64,000 bases of DNA from Dehalococcoidia bacterium (GCA_965197585.1 OZ240215.1:128001-192000), one strand, 5' to 3'; positions 29,507-41,067 are shown, counted from the stretch's first letter. Translations and numbers: made by a program. The notes: generated by a model not told the origin, from the letters alone.

Positions 29507-31555
29507 CTATTGACGAATTCTAGGGTCCAGATAGGTATAAAGAAGGTCTACTCCGAGATTAACAAACACTATGAAGAACCCCATGGTCAGTGCCACTCCT
29601 TGAAGTGTGGAAAAGTCTCGGAGCTTAACACTATCAAACCCAAGGCGTCCCAACCCAGGCACACCAAATATCTGCTCGATAACCACTAGTTCACCTGCTG
29701 TGGCCGCAAATTCAATTCCCATAACACTGACCACGGGTATCATGGCGTTCTTAAGCAGATGACGCCTAACTATTACTGTTTCCCTAAGGCCCTTGGCCCA
29801 AGCAGTTCGAATGTAATCTTGGCGAGCTATCTCTAGGGCCATTGCCCGGGTTATTCGCATAATGCCAGCCATTAAGGGTATAGCGGCAATGGCGGCCGGT
29901 ATTGCTATATAGCCGAGATTGGCAAAGGGGTTGTCGGCGAAGCTTATGTAAGCCAATGGGGGAGTCCAATTAAAAAGAATGGACGGAATAATGATTACGA
30001 GAGTAGCTGACCAGAAAGTGGGCACTGCCAACCCACCTACAGCTACAATCCGGCCAGCATAGTCTCCCACGGTGTCCTGACGTAGCGCTGACAAAACCCC
30101 GATAGGAACTCCCACTAGTGACGCCATCAATACGGCCAATAGCCCCAACTCAAAAGTTATCGGGGCGGCTCTAGTTAATTGGTCTATTACCGGTGTGCCT
30201 ACAGCAGTGGTCACTGATTTCCCTAAATTCCCTCCAACGACGCCCCACTGCCATTCAACTTTTGTCCCTATGGCGTGGGCTGTAGTGCCAGTCATAAGGA
30301 CTTCCCCGAGGGCTTTTGTTGTATTGCTTTCAACCTCTACCCAGTGGATTCCACCGTCTATGCTTCTGAGGATGGTGCCATTATCGCCTACTGCCAGACC
30401 GCTATTGGCGTCGCTAAATGCTACTGAAAGCAGTTCAACGTCCGTATCCAGCAACTGTGCAACCCAGTGGATCCCTCCATCACTGGTAGTAAGAATAGTC
30501 CCTTTGTCTCCCACTATGTATCCCTGCAGCGGGTTGATGAAAACGATATCATTAAGTCGGTGCGCTGATGTGCTCTCCTTGATAACCCATGTAATACCTC
30601 CATCAAGAGTGTGAACGATGACTCCATGATCCCCAACTGCCCAGCCTTGCTTAGCACTTATGAAGTGAAAATCAGATATCTCTGAGTCTGTGCCAAAGAC
30701 GGATGTTGTCCATACATAACCACCATCAGTTGTGAAGAGAAGCTGGTTGTTCTCGGTCAAAATCCAACCGTTGTTGGCATCGATAAAAAGAACCTCCAGC
30801 AAGTTCTCAGTATTGTCAACCGATTGCTGTACCCATGGTTCTATTGTGCCATTTTCTCCCATGAGCATCTGGTGCAGAATTTTATCTACATCATCATCGG
30901 TCAGGTTCTCAGTCCGGTCTCGGAAGGGAGCTGCCTTGATAAATGAGGCGACTTCCTCCCTGGGAAATAAAGAGTCTTCATTCGCAGCCTTTTGAAGTAG
31001 CTGCTTTATCTGCTGTGTTTCGTTCAAATATTCAGCTATATCCCTTATTGCCTTATTGACAAAGAAAACAACACCATTATCTCCCACGATCCATCCGGTA
31101 TCCTTGTCGATAAAGGATAACGCAGTAATGTCCACTTCTTTGCTTCTAGCAAAAAAGGTCCATTGGAGACCTCCGCTAGAGAGTTCGAAAACTCTGTTGT
31201 TCCTCCCTAGTCCCCAGCCATTGTTTTGATCTACAAAAGTCATACTCCTTCCTTTATTATTGCTAATCGGCTTAATGTTTCTCCACGTCGCACCACCGTC
31301 GGTACTTTTCAATCCCTCGGTCACAAATATAGGCCACCCTATCAACCATTGGACATATTGCTGAAAGGGATTGGCACTAAGTCCCAGCCTCTCCTTCAAC
31401 AATTCCACGCCCTCCTCGCTAATGGAGCCTGAGCGTCCCGCTATTATATCCAGTGAGCTGGCAGGCACTACTCTTATCACCGCAAAGACAAGGATGGTTA
31501 CGATTAATAGCGTAGGGAAGACAAGGAGAAGTCTTCTAATGACATATGTCCCCAC
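29507..31555 (-). CDS. DppB/OppB-type ABC permease with an inserted YCF48/BNR beta-propeller domain
   Basis: YVIRRLL...QYVQWL, then repeated GWAVGD-x-G-x-I-x-x-T-x-DGG-x-x-W units, then GNLGKS, YIRTAWAKG and DLLYTYLDPRI. Confidence 0.9.
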   Translation of the reverse strand: MGTYVIRRLLLVFPTLLIVTILVFAVIRVVPASSLDIIAGRSGSISEEGVELLKERLGLSANPFQQYVQWLIGWPIFVTEGLKSTDGGATWRNIKPISNNKGRSMTFVDQNNGWGLGRNNRVFELSSGGLQWTFFARSKEVDITALSFIDKDTGWIVGDNGVVFFVNKAIRDIAEYLNETQQIKQLLQKAANEDSLFPREEVASFIKAAPFRDRTENLTDDDVDKILHQMLMGENGTIEPWVQQSVDNTENLLEVLFIDANNGWILTENNQLLFTTDGGYVWTTSVFGTDSEISDFHFISAKQGWAVGDHGVIVHTLDGGITWVIKESTSAHRLNDIVFINPLQGYIVGDKGTILTTSDGGIHWVAQLLDTDVELLSVAFSDANSGLAVGDNGTILRSIDGGIHWVEVESNTTKALGEVLMTGTTAHAIGTKVEWQWGVVGGNLGKSVTTAVGTPVIDQLTRAAPITFELGLLAVLMASLVGVPIGVLSALRQDTVGDYAGRIVAVGGLAVPTFWSATLVIIIPSILFNWTPPLAYISFADNPFANLGYIAIPAAIAAIPLMAGIMRITRAMALEIARQDYIRTAWAKGLRETVIVRRHLLKNAMIPVVSVMGIEFAATAGELVVIEQIFGVPGLGRLGFDSVKLRDFSTLQGVALTMGFFIVFVNLGVDLLYTYLDPRIRQ

Positions 31556-31603
31556 TTAAATGACCTCTAGAACTTTTGCTTCAAAGCCGCCAAGACGGAT
31601 ATT

Positions 31604-31642
31604 CAATTGGGAGCGGCTGCGAACCGCAGCCGCTCCCAATTG
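31604..31642. terminator. perfect 17-bp hairpin between the SBP and permease genes
   Basis: CAATTGGGAGCGGCTGC-GAACC-GCAGCCGCTCCCAATTG. Confidence 0.7.
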
Positions 31643-31670
31643 TGTGAGTAGCTTCTATTAATCCTCGTGC

Positions 31671-33443
31671 CTATTTCCGACCCGGTGCATCCTCCGCTAA
31701 CCAAGCCTCCAACAGCCACGCGCCTATTTCGAACTCTTCCTTAAATCCTACGTTATTTACCCAGCCATGCCAGCCGCTATCGGCAGATGGGCTAGAACTG
31801 CAGATGTAGTAGAATTTATCGGAAAGATACCGGTAGATATCGTCCCACAGCGCCTTTCTTTGCACAGGGTCAAGTTCAGCCCTTTGGGCCAGCAGCATGT
31901 CCGTGAGAACAGGGTCATCCACGTGGCTTGAATTGAAGGGCGAACCCGGCAGATACCAGATGGCAGTTGCCCCCTCGGGATCATTCCATAGCAACTGCGA
32001 GTACAAGGCCATGCCTTCAAAGTCACCAACTGGAACCGAGCTGACGTAGGCGCCATACTCCAAGCTCACTATCTCTACTTGGATATCTATCAAAGACAAA
32101 GAACTGGCGATGAATTCTGCTTCCTGGACCAGCGTGGGGCCATAATCCGCAGTGGCGACCAAGGTGATATCGAATCCATCCTGGTATCCCGCTTGAACCA
32201 TTAGCTCCTTGGCCAACTCTTGGTCAAACTCGTAGAACTTGAGGACATCAGGGTTAAGCTCGCTATCAGGCAGCCACCACTTTATGAACCCTGGGGAGAT
32301 CTCTCCCCGTCCGACCTCCGCATGCCCTCCATATACTGTGTCCACAATGGTACGGCTATTCAAAACTGACCGTATAGCTTGCCTCACCCGAACATCGTCT
32401 AAAGGAGGACGGTCCGTCCGCATCAGGATGGGGTCGGTGCACTGAGGGAAAGGATGAGAGTTGTAGACTACGCCGGGCACCTGTGACAGGGCACTACGAT
32501 CACCTCCGGCTATGGTGAAGTAATTGCTGTAATTGACTGAGACAAAGTCAAGGTCCCCAGCCTGGAACGATGCAAAGGCCGTATTGATGTCTGGGACAAC
32601 CTTCCACACCACCTCATCAAGATAAGGCAGTGGGGTCCTATAGTAGTCGGGGTTTCTTTCGAACACTACCTCGACTCCAGGGTTGTGACTTTTGAGAATG
32701 AAGGGACCTGTGCCAATGACTGCCTCAGCGGTTTCTAGGGTGCCGAACTCCTCCAGGACCTCGGGTGCGTACATGGGGTACTGGTTCGCAGCCAGGATTT
32801 GGGGTAGGGCAACATATGGTTCCGAGAGATTAATCACCACTGTTAGGGCATCCCTACATTCCACAGAGTCAATGGGACCCAAGAGATAACTAACAGGCGA
32901 CTCTGGGTCCAAGTAACGGTTTATGCTGAATTGAACGTCGGAACACGCAAATTGACGTCCGTTAAGAGGAGGCAGATTTTGCCATTTGACTCCCTCTCTC
33001 AAGTCGATCCTCAACCGGGTAGGTGTTTCAAACTCGTAGTCTCTTGCAAGGTCACCCTGGAATTCATAGTTGAGCACATACTCAACAGAGTTAGGATCTG
33101 CAAAGTTCGGCCCATTGAAGTATCTGAACAACCTGCTGTGGGTCATGGAATTGGAGTTCATAGTCCCGAAATCCGCTACCCTACTGGCATCAAAACCAAA
33201 AGGATCCGCGTACACAGGCATTGTCACTGTTCCACCAGGAATCGGCCCTTCCATTGAAGTGGCGGCTTCAGTGGGGGCAGCAGATGGTGATGTGGGAGTA
33301 GCTTGGGTTGTCGGACTTGTGGCTGTGGGATCAACCGTCTCCTCTTCTCCACCTCCACATGCCACCACTAACAACACGATTGCTGCCACTAACCCTACGG
33401 CCAAGATCAGGTTCATTCGTCTCTTCGGCCTGTAGGCAAACAT
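31671..33443 (-). CDS. family-5 (DppA/OppA-type) ABC substrate-binding lipoprotein
   Basis: VVAC lipobox, T/P linker, LREGVKW, GTGPF, RNPDYY and DVRVRQA motifs. Confidence 0.93.
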   Translation of the reverse strand: MFAYRPKRRMNLILAVGLVAAIVLLVVACGGGEEETVDPTATSPTTQATPTSPSAAPTEAATSMEGPIPGGTVTMPVYADPFGFDASRVADFGTMNSNSMTHSRLFRYFNGPNFADPNSVEYVLNYEFQGDLARDYEFETPTRLRIDLREGVKWQNLPPLNGRQFACSDVQFSINRYLDPESPVSYLLGPIDSVECRDALTVVINLSEPYVALPQILAANQYPMYAPEVLEEFGTLETAEAVIGTGPFILKSHNPGVEVVFERNPDYYRTPLPYLDEVVWKVVPDINTAFASFQAGDLDFVSVNYSNYFTIAGGDRSALSQVPGVVYNSHPFPQCTDPILMRTDRPPLDDVRVRQAIRSVLNSRTIVDTVYGGHAEVGRGEISPGFIKWWLPDSELNPDVLKFYEFDQELAKELMVQAGYQDGFDITLVATADYGPTLVQEAEFIASSLSLIDIQVEIVSLEYGAYVSSVPVGDFEGMALYSQLLWNDPEGATAIWYLPGSPFNSSHVDDPVLTDMLLAQRAELDPVQRKALWDDIYRYLSDKFYYICSSSPSADSGWHGWVNNVGFKEEFEIGAWLLEAWLAEDAPGRK

Positions 33444-33937
33444 ACGCTTTCTCCTCCTTAATGTCCCTATATCCAGTGCTTATTTGTAGAAGCGTGCAGC
33501 TTATTGTTGAGTTAGTGTATGTCTCCTACAACGATTGTCAGCCTTACCAAAATCTAGCATTGATGCCGATAAGGCCTGGCGCAATGAGTGAATGGTACTT
33601 TCCAATAGCCTAGGAGGCACATAACCCGTCCTTTAGAGGGACATCGTTTGCCGAGGCAACGGAAATGACTTTTGTCCGTTGGGTATCGTGCCTGTTGCAT
33701 CAGCAGGACATGCGGCCACACCTACGCCAGAGCTATTGTCTAGGTACGGACCTTCCAATTCACGCAGGCGGTGATCCATATCGCGATTTTGTATCTAGAA
33801 CTCCAAAGAACAGTAGGGTTGTTTTCGGTCGGATAAACACAAGGTGGGCGCATAGCCCAGCAAGGCTCAGATGGGACTCCTTTTAGGGGCTTCCTCGGTC
33901 AGCACGGTCACACAGCAGTCAAACAAGCAGCCCAATC

Positions 33938-35101
33938 CTATAGGTTATATGTCTTTATCCCGTTTTCCGATAGGACCTTCCTTTGGTCCTCCTCCGACAA
34001 GGGTGCTATCAAAGCCTTTACTTTGTTGAGGACTCCAGGATATCCATCGTGGTGTGGAAAGTCAGTAGCCCAGAAGAACCTGTCTGCTCCCCACCGATTT
34101 ATTACATGGGGTATTAGTTCCTCTTCTGGCTCAAAGGAGATCCAACACTGCCGCTGGAAATATTCACTAGGCTGTAGACTGAATTGGACAGTAACTTGTT
34201 CTCGCTCCCATCTATCGTCCATCCGCTCAAGCCAATAAGCTATCCAGGTGGCGCCAGTTTCCAGAAGCACAAACTTAAGCTCAGGGAAGCGGTCGAACGC
34301 ACCCCTGCTTGTCATACTGAGGAGCGCTAAGTGGGATTGAAACGCTACTGTCTGGGTGGTCCACCAGAAATTGGAGAACAAGAAATCCATGGAATCGTTG
34401 ACTTCTTCGTATGGGTCCATACCCATATAGTTCAGGTCTGTGGTGGGGTGGGGTGCAACAGGTAAGCCCGTTTCTTGGACTTCTTTAAAAAGGGAATTGA
34501 AATATGGGTCACCCCAGTGGCGATCATTGGGGCAAGCGCTATAGATCATAAATCCCTTTACTCCCAGATCGGCGGTTCTCTTCACTTCTTTCACTGCCTC
34601 TTGCACATCCATGGTCGGAATATGAGCTATGGGAAAGAGCCGGTCTGGATAGGGTTTGCAGAAGTCCATTAACCAGTCGTTGTAAGCACGGCAATATGCG
34701 GCGGCCGCTTTAGGGTCATCACACTCAGCTTCCCAGTAGAGCCCTAGGGAGGGGTAGTGCAGAGCGATGTCAACTCCTTCTGCATCCATCCATTCAATTC
34801 TAGCGTGAGGGTCGTGTGCCGCGGGAATCATACCGTCGTAATAGTCCACACCTCCAGGGGTGAAGAAGGGCAGCAGCTCCTCTGGGGTCGCACCGAACCC
34901 TTTGCCGGCCTCAAGACCTAGGCCCGCCCCACCCTGAAGCATAATAGACTTCTTGCCGTTGATCTCCACATACTCCAGACCCCTTTCATCTTTTAACAAG
35001 CGCAAGGGGCGATCCTTAAATGCCGGATCAAGGTACTCGTCCATGATTAGAGTTATGGGCTCGGCCACATGAGCGTCAATATCCACAGTTTTGAAGGCCA
35101 T
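33938..35101 (-). CDS. amidohydrolase-2 family protein
   Basis: DIDAH, RAYNDW, FPELKFVLLE and WATDFPH motifs. Confidence 0.9.
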   Translation of the reverse strand: MAFKTVDIDAHVAEPITLIMDEYLDPAFKDRPLRLLKDERGLEYVEINGKKSIMLQGGAGLGLEAGKGFGATPEELLPFFTPGGVDYYDGMIPAAHDPHARIEWMDAEGVDIALHYPSLGLYWEAECDDPKAAAAYCRAYNDWLMDFCKPYPDRLFPIAHIPTMDVQEAVKEVKRTADLGVKGFMIYSACPNDRHWGDPYFNSLFKEVQETGLPVAPHPTTDLNYMGMDPYEEVNDSMDFLFSNFWWTTQTVAFQSHLALLSMTSRGAFDRFPELKFVLLETGATWIAYWLERMDDRWEREQVTVQFSLQPSEYFQRQCWISFEPEEELIPHVINRWGADRFFWATDFPHHDGYPGVLNKVKALIAPLSEEDQRKVLSENGIKTYNL

Positions 35102-35141
35102 CGTAAATACCTGCCTTTCTGGTCAATATCTCCTAGAGATG

Positions 35142-36869
35142 TTACCCGCCCACCGCATAGTCATAGCTACGAAGTAGTTTACCCGGCAAGGCGCCGGTAC
35201 ATTGATTGTCATCTTCGAATGTTACTACTCCGTTTACAAGCGTGTAGCGATATCCTTCGGCCTTTTGGATTAGGCGCCGGTCCCCACCCGGCAAATCATT
35301 AGTGAAAATGGGAGAGTCATACTTAACACGCAGCTTGTCAAAGTCATAGACTATGATATCGGCTGCCATTCCCTCACGTAGCATGCCACGGTCTCGGTAT
35401 CCAGCGATCCAGGCTGGCAAAGCGCTCAGCTTGTAGTGAGCCTTTTCCAGACTCATGATCCCTCTATCACGTACCCAAGTGCTCAGAAGATCGGTGGGCC
35501 AGAAGGCCATCTGGACGAAGCTGAAGTGCGCTCCGCCATCAGATATAGCTGGATGCGTACCCGGATGATTGAGAATCTCAGCGGTTGCGTTCGGCTCGGA
35601 ATTAACGAAACATGGGAACGCCAACTCAGTGAGCAAGTCTTCATCAAGAGCCAGATCAAGCAGGGCGTCCACCGGGTGCTTGCCCATCATATTGGCAACC
35701 TCACCTACACTAAGACCGTCATATTTACGGTTGCGGTCCCTGGCGGTCTTTACAACCATGACTCTGTTCCAGTTGTTGTGGAAGTCTCCTGTCCGGCCTT
35801 CATCAACATCCTTCTTCATCGCTTCCCTTACTTCAGGCTTGCGGAGTTTAGCCATACGCTCTTCAGCCGTGCCCACCAGAGGTTGGACCCAACTAGGAAT
35901 GTGATCGAAGAAGTTAAAGTCGACCAGGCGGAACTGCATATCCAAGGATATAGAACTGGTCTGAGCATAGATGGGAAGCCCTAATGTATGGTTTTCTTCA
36001 GTCCACTCAAGAAGCTCTTTCCACTCGTCTTGGTCGCCTTCCTTATGCTGTATGATTCCGAGCCACTGCACTGGTCTCCCACTGACTCGGGTCAACTCCC
36101 TGATAAATTCCTCCCCTTCTTTGGGTGTTCCCTCCATTTCACCTCTTGTCCAGAAGATGTGTCCTATCCCATACTCACCCAATATCTCTGCCAGCGCTAG
36201 ATATTCCTCATTTGAACCTAAGTGGGTGGGTAGATAGCCCCCATCTCCTGCTCGGTCCTCTAGGCTCTTGTGACCCGAGAAACCCCAAGCACCTGCTTCC
36301 ATACCAAGGCGGAACAATGCCTTCATCTCCTCCAGTTCCGTATCCGTCATCGAAGTTCTTTGCCTTGACTCATCCGGACCCATAACGTGGGCCCTTAAAG
36401 GTGAGAAAGGAACGAGAGAGGCCACGTTTACACCCAGTCCCTGCTTATCTATGCTGTCTAAGTATTCTGGAAAAGTAACCCAATCCCAACGCATCCATTT
36501 CCGCAGCGACTCTACAGGGAGTGACATTACCCGGCTCAGCATCGCCAGGTAGGCGTCTCTGTTTTCCGGTTTGCAGGGCGCCCATCCAAATCCACACCCC
36601 CCGATGGTGACGGTGGTCACTCCATGCCAACCTGATGAGGTGCAGTATGGATCCCACTGAATTTGAGCGTCGTAGTGGCCGTGTATCTCTACGGCCCCTG
36701 GCGCTACAATACATCCTGTGGCATCGATTTCCCTTTTGCTGTTCGTATTTATTCGACCGCTGATTTGGGCAATTGTGCCATTCTTGATACCCAAATCTGC
36801 TTTGTAGGCAGGCAGTCCGCTACCATCTACTATTGTTCCATTGCGAATTACTGTATCAAAATCGGACAT
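35142..36869 (-). CDS. N-acyl-D-amino-acid deacylase-like amidohydrolase
   Basis: IVDGSG, EIHGHYD, HGVTTV, SDGGAH and GMAADI motifs; start ATG 36869 with GGAGG RBS. Confidence 0.88.
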   Translation of the reverse strand: MSDFDTVIRNGTIVDGSGLPAYKADLGIKNGTIAQISGRINTNSKREIDATGCIVAPGAVEIHGHYDAQIQWDPYCTSSGWHGVTTVTIGGCGFGWAPCKPENRDAYLAMLSRVMSLPVESLRKWMRWDWVTFPEYLDSIDKQGLGVNVASLVPFSPLRAHVMGPDESRQRTSMTDTELEEMKALFRLGMEAGAWGFSGHKSLEDRAGDGGYLPTHLGSNEEYLALAEILGEYGIGHIFWTRGEMEGTPKEGEEFIRELTRVSGRPVQWLGIIQHKEGDQDEWKELLEWTEENHTLGLPIYAQTSSISLDMQFRLVDFNFFDHIPSWVQPLVGTAEERMAKLRKPEVREAMKKDVDEGRTGDFHNNWNRVMVVKTARDRNRKYDGLSVGEVANMMGKHPVDALLDLALDEDLLTELAFPCFVNSEPNATAEILNHPGTHPAISDGGAHFSFVQMAFWPTDLLSTWVRDRGIMSLEKAHYKLSALPAWIAGYRDRGMLREGMAADIIVYDFDKLRVKYDSPIFTNDLPGGDRRLIQKAEGYRYTLVNGVVTFEDDNQCTGALPGKLLRSYDYAVGG

Positions 36870-37389
36870 GCTCAGCCTCCTCGTAAACGATAGCCTCACA
36901 GTTGACCCTCAATGAAATGCTGGAAGACTGATTAAAAGCCATTTCCGACATTACAACTTAGGCTTAAGTTCATTGAGGGTAACAGTACGCCCATGGCCAA
37001 AGAGGGTCAAGGATACGCGGCTCAATAGCTAGTGTCAAGAGTTGTATCGACTCCCCGCGGCTCATAGCCGTTTAGGGAAATAGATTCACTCCGGCTAACG
37101 GGAATTTGGAATACAACACGGTACAGAAGTGGGGCATCCAACATTGGCATATCACATGTATGCGCTCGTCCAATCGGACCAGCACTCTCTTGGGCTCGTA
37201 CGTAGTCTCAACGCCAGGTGACGTCAGCATGGCTGATCCTCTTTGGTTGATAAGACGTTATCAACGGCAGCATGCAGGCATGGGGTTGGACCATATAATT
37301 GCACTACGGTTCCCAACTTTTGGGCAAGGATTGAAATTAGTGGAACTCCTACGGGTAGTACCATAGGTAATCGTCCCGGCTGCCTATGG

Positions 37390-38376
37390 CTAGTAGAGGT
37401 GGCAGGCGACGGAGTGGCCCTGGGTGGTCTGCTTTAAGACGGGAGTGATTTCCCGGCAGACGTCCATGGCGAAGGGGCAACGGGGGTGGAAGGAGCAGCC
37501 TTTTGGGGGGTCGATGGGGCTGGGTACGTCGCCGGTGAGGATAATTCGCTCGCGGGAGGCCTCGACTACGGGGTCGGGGATGGGGACGGCGGAGAGAAGG
37601 GCACGGGTGTAAGGGTGCTTGGGGTCTCGGTAGAGTTCGTCCCTGCCGGTAATCTCGACGATCTTGCCCAAGTACATGACCGCGACCCTGTCGGAGATGT
37701 GCCTCACGACAGAGAGGTCGTGGGCGATGAAGAGATAGGTTAGGTCGAAGCGCTCCTGGAGGGAACGGAGCAGGTTGATGACCTGGGCCTGAATCGAAAC
37801 GTCGAGGGCGGAGACGGGTTCGTCGCAGACGATGAAGGTTGGGTTTACGGCGAGGGCTCGTGCGATGCCGATCCTCTGGCGCTGGCCACCACTGAACTCG
37901 TAGGGGTAGCGGTCCATCATGTTGGGATTGAGGCCCACAACCTCGAACAGCTCCTGCACCCTGTTCCTTCGCTCGTTTCGGTCGCCAATCTTGTGGATGA
38001 TGAGGGGTTCTTCGACTATAGCGCCGACGGTCATGCGGGGGTTCAAGGAGCCGTAGGGGTCCTGGAAGATGACCTGAAGTTCTTTCCTGAGGGGACGCAT
38101 TTCCTTGCCGGAGAGCTGGGTAAGGTCCTCGCCCCGGAAGCGGACTTCACCGCCGGTGGGTTTGAGGAGCTGGAGGATGCACCTGCCGATGGTGGTCTTG
38201 CCACAGCCGCTTTCGCCGACGAGGCCGAGGGTCTCTCCGCGCATGATCTGGAAGGATACGCCGTCGACGGCCTTGATTTCGCCCACCTTGGACTGGAAAA
38301 TGACGCCCTTGCTTACGGGGAAGTGCATCTGCAGGTCACGAACGTCCAGGAGGATGTAGGGGTCGGGAATCATCAT
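37390..38376 (-). CDS. DppF/OppF-type ABC ATPase
   Basis: [29 protein letters not shown] and C-terminal FHPRCP motifs. Confidence 0.95.
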   Translation of the reverse strand: MMIPDPYILLDVRDLQMHFPVSKGVIFQSKVGEIKAVDGVSFQIMRGETLGLVGESGCGKTTIGRCILQLLKPTGGEVRFRGEDLTQLSGKEMRPLRKELQVIFQDPYGSLNPRMTVGAIVEEPLIIHKIGDRNERRNRVQELFEVVGLNPNMMDRYPYEFSGGQRQRIGIARALAVNPTFIVCDEPVSALDVSIQAQVINLLRSLQERFDLTYLFIAHDLSVVRHISDRVAVMYLGKIVEITGRDELYRDPKHPYTRALLSAVPIPDPVVEASRERIILTGDVPSPIDPPKGCSFHPRCPFAMDVCREITPVLKQTTQGHSVACHLY

Positions 38377-39368
38377 AAGGCGGGCTCCGGGGTGCGACGG
38401 GTGACGTCTACGAGGCATGCTGCGGAGTGTCCGGGCCGCTTTAGCTCCAGGAGCGGGTCAGTGTGAGCGCAAGCGTCTATGGCAAAGGCGCATCGTGGGT
38501 GGAAAGAGCATCCCGCAGGTCGGTGGGCCAGGTCGGGGGGTGCGCCCTCGATGGGGACGAGTTGCTCCCTGATAGACTCGTCTAGGCGAGGGACGGAGGC
38601 GAGGAGGCCGAGGGTGTAGGGGTGGCGGGGAGTCCCGTAGACGTTGTGAGCGGAGGAACTTTCGACGATTCTGCCGGCGTACATGACGTTGACGGAATCG
38701 GCGTAACGGGCCACGACGCCGAGGTTGTGGGTGATGATGACTACTGCGGTGCCGCGCTCCTTGGAGAGCCGGCTGATGAGCTCGAGGAGTTGGGCCTGTA
38801 TGGTGACGTCGACGGCTGTGGTGGGTTCGTCGGCAAGGAGCACTTTAGGCTCGCAACTGAGGGCCATGGCCACCATGACGCGTTGCCTCATGCCACCGCT
38901 CATGCGGTGGGGGTAGTCGTCGAGCCTGCGTCCGGGGTCGGCTAAACCGACCTCTTCGAGGAGCTCACCGGCGCGGGTGTTGGCGGCTCTTCCGGAGAGG
39001 CCGAGGTGCACTTCGAGGGCCTCCGTCATTTGACGGCCGATGGTGAGGACGGGGTTGAGGGAGGTCATGGGCTCCTGGAAGATAATGGCGATGTCCTTGC
39101 CGCGCCGGCGTCTCATCTGGTCGTTGCTGAGCTTGAGCAGGTCTTGGCCGTCGAGAAGGACCTCACCTTCGACGATCTCGCCCGGGGGTGAAGGGATGAG
39201 GCGCATCAGGGAGAGAGCGCTGACGGTTTTGCCGCACCCGCTCTCGCCGACAAGGCCCATTGTTTCCCCGGCCCTGAGAGAGTAGGAGATGCCGTCGACG
39301 GCCTTGACCACACCGTCCTCGGTGTAGAAGTAGGTCTTAAGGTTTTTGACCTGTAGGAGCGGTGGCAT
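38373..39368 (-). CDS. DppD/OppD-type ABC ATPase
   Basis: [22 protein letters not shown] and HPYT motifs. Confidence 0.95.
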   Translation of the reverse strand: MPPLLQVKNLKTYFYTEDGVVKAVDGISYSLRAGETMGLVGESGCGKTVSALSLMRLIPSPPGEIVEGEVLLDGQDLLKLSNDQMRRRRGKDIAIIFQEPMTSLNPVLTIGRQMTEALEVHLGLSGRAANTRAGELLEEVGLADPGRRLDDYPHRMSGGMRQRVMVAMALSCEPKVLLADEPTTAVDVTIQAQLLELISRLSKERGTAVVIITHNLGVVARYADSVNVMYAGRIVESSSAHNVYGTPRHPYTLGLLASVPRLDESIREQLVPIEGAPPDLAHRPAGCSFHPRCAFAIDACAHTDPLLELKRPGHSAACLVDVTRRTPEPAL

Positions 39369-39469
39369 GGTTTGTTATTTGTGGCGGGGGACTTGGGGTG
39401 GGGTGGGAATCACTAATGACAAGTTTACCAGTGAAGGGGATGGAATCGGCAAGCAGGGGAAGGTAATGG

Positions 39470-40110
39470 GCGATCAGGCTTTGGGATCTACTCGTGAAGT
39501 AGGAGGTGAATTCCCTCACCAAGGTGGAGAAATCTCACCACAACCTGCTGGAAATGGTGCTGCCGGGAATCGACTAGTTCGAACTGATGAAGCGCATCGT
39601 GCGGATCACCATTGCGCCGGCGGCCTTCCTTCGTTCCGGGACGGGAATCAGAACATCGCTCGGGCCTTCGAAAAGGGGGCCGACGACTACATCATGAAGC
39701 ACTTTTCCTCCACAGAACTGGTGGCGGAGAGTCAAGGCGTCCCTGCACAGGCGAGGGGTCGCATGGAGTGTGCCTCTCGAACCCTATGTGCTGAGGGACC
39801 TGACCATCAATTATGGAAACGTCTAGTGACTGGAGGGGGCCGCTCGGTGAAGCTGATCCCGACCGAATAGAAGCTTCTATTCGAGCTTTCGGTTCACGCC
39901 GGACGAGCATTGACCAACGATCAGCTACTGCGACGGGTCTTAGTACAGAGAGAGCCGGGCGATCCACAGGTGGTACGCGCCTAAGTGGGACGTCTCAGCG
40001 GCAGGCCGAGAGACCACGCCTACAGCCCAGACTACACCTTCAACGAGTCCCGGGTGGACTATCGCATGGCCAAGGGCGAGACGCAGGAACGGGAGGAGCC
40101 GTGTCCTTTG
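39470..40110 (+). pseudogene. decayed OmpR/KdpE-family response regulator
   Basis: Fragments LPGID*FELMKRI, RAFEKGADDYIMK-x-FS-x-x-ELVA and L-x-PTE*KLLFEL...LTNDQLLRRV, with stops and frameshifts. Confidence 0.7.
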
Positions 40111-40228
40111 GGGCGCTGAATGGCCGAAGACTCCCAAACCGAACACCCCCGCTGCCCTGCGGCGGCATCTGAGGCAACCCGCCAGTCAACGGTAGGCTTT
40201 CACCTGACCATGTATGTCCAGCACCAGT

Positions 40229-40281
40229 TTACAAGGCCAAGACGAATACCAAAGTGAAAGTTCTTGATTTTGTCCAGTTTG
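40229..40281 (-). repeat. recombination-site-like arm B
   Basis: 26 nt identical to arm A; minus strand reads PNWTKSRTFTLVFVLAL*. Confidence 0.75.
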
Positions 40282-41067
40282 GTGGGGAGTGAACAAGCCC
40301 ACGAACCCCACTACACCCGCCAGGGACACCGCGGCGCCTGCCAACACCCCCGCGGAGGACAACGCTACTAATCGGGTAGTTTTGGGGCTGGCCCCCAGCT
40401 GCCAGGCAAGCCGGTCGCCTAGTACTAGAAGGTTCAGCCGCCCTGCCGCCAGGACTGCGAGGCCTAGTCCGAGAGCAAGGTAAGGAATCGCCGGCGTGAC
40501 GTCTTCCCAACCTCGGTTGGACAAACTCCCGCTGAACAGGGACAACGCTTGCAGGCTGAAAACTCGTGCGTGAGTGAGGATGGCTGCGGCGATTGCCAGA
40601 GTCAGAGCCCCTATGGATACTCCAACTAAAGCGAGTCGAGTCGGGGTCAGGCTTTCCCGTGAAGCCAACAGGAATATGAGAAGGGCGCCGATAAGTCCCG
40701 CGGCAACCGAAAGGGAGGTTAGTCCCCAGGCCCCCACTGTAATCGCCCCGGATAAGGCCAAGGCCTGGACGATGGATGCCCCACCGCCCAACCCAAAGAT
40801 CTGGGGGTCTCCCAGTGGGTTTCGGGTAGCGCTTTGAATCAGCGATCCCGCAGCGCCCAGACACGCACCTGCCACCAGCGCTGCTACGACCCTGGGAATG
40901 CGTAGGGAACGAACTATTACCTCGGCGGTGGGGTCTCCACTGTCGGTGAAGAGGGCCTTAAGGAGTGTTGAGGCGTCCAGGTTCGCACTGCCGAAAGCGA
41001 TCCCGACAATGCAGCCTCCCAGTAAGGCAACGGCGAGGCCAGTCAGAACCAGGATCGGGCGTCGCAA
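40282..41067 (-). pseudogene. FecCD/BtuC-type iron-chelate permease, 3'-truncated at arm B
   Basis: RIPR, TRNPLGDP and GFVGLFTPH motifs, then an abrupt switch to arm sequence; the last TM helices are missing. Confidence 0.8.
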
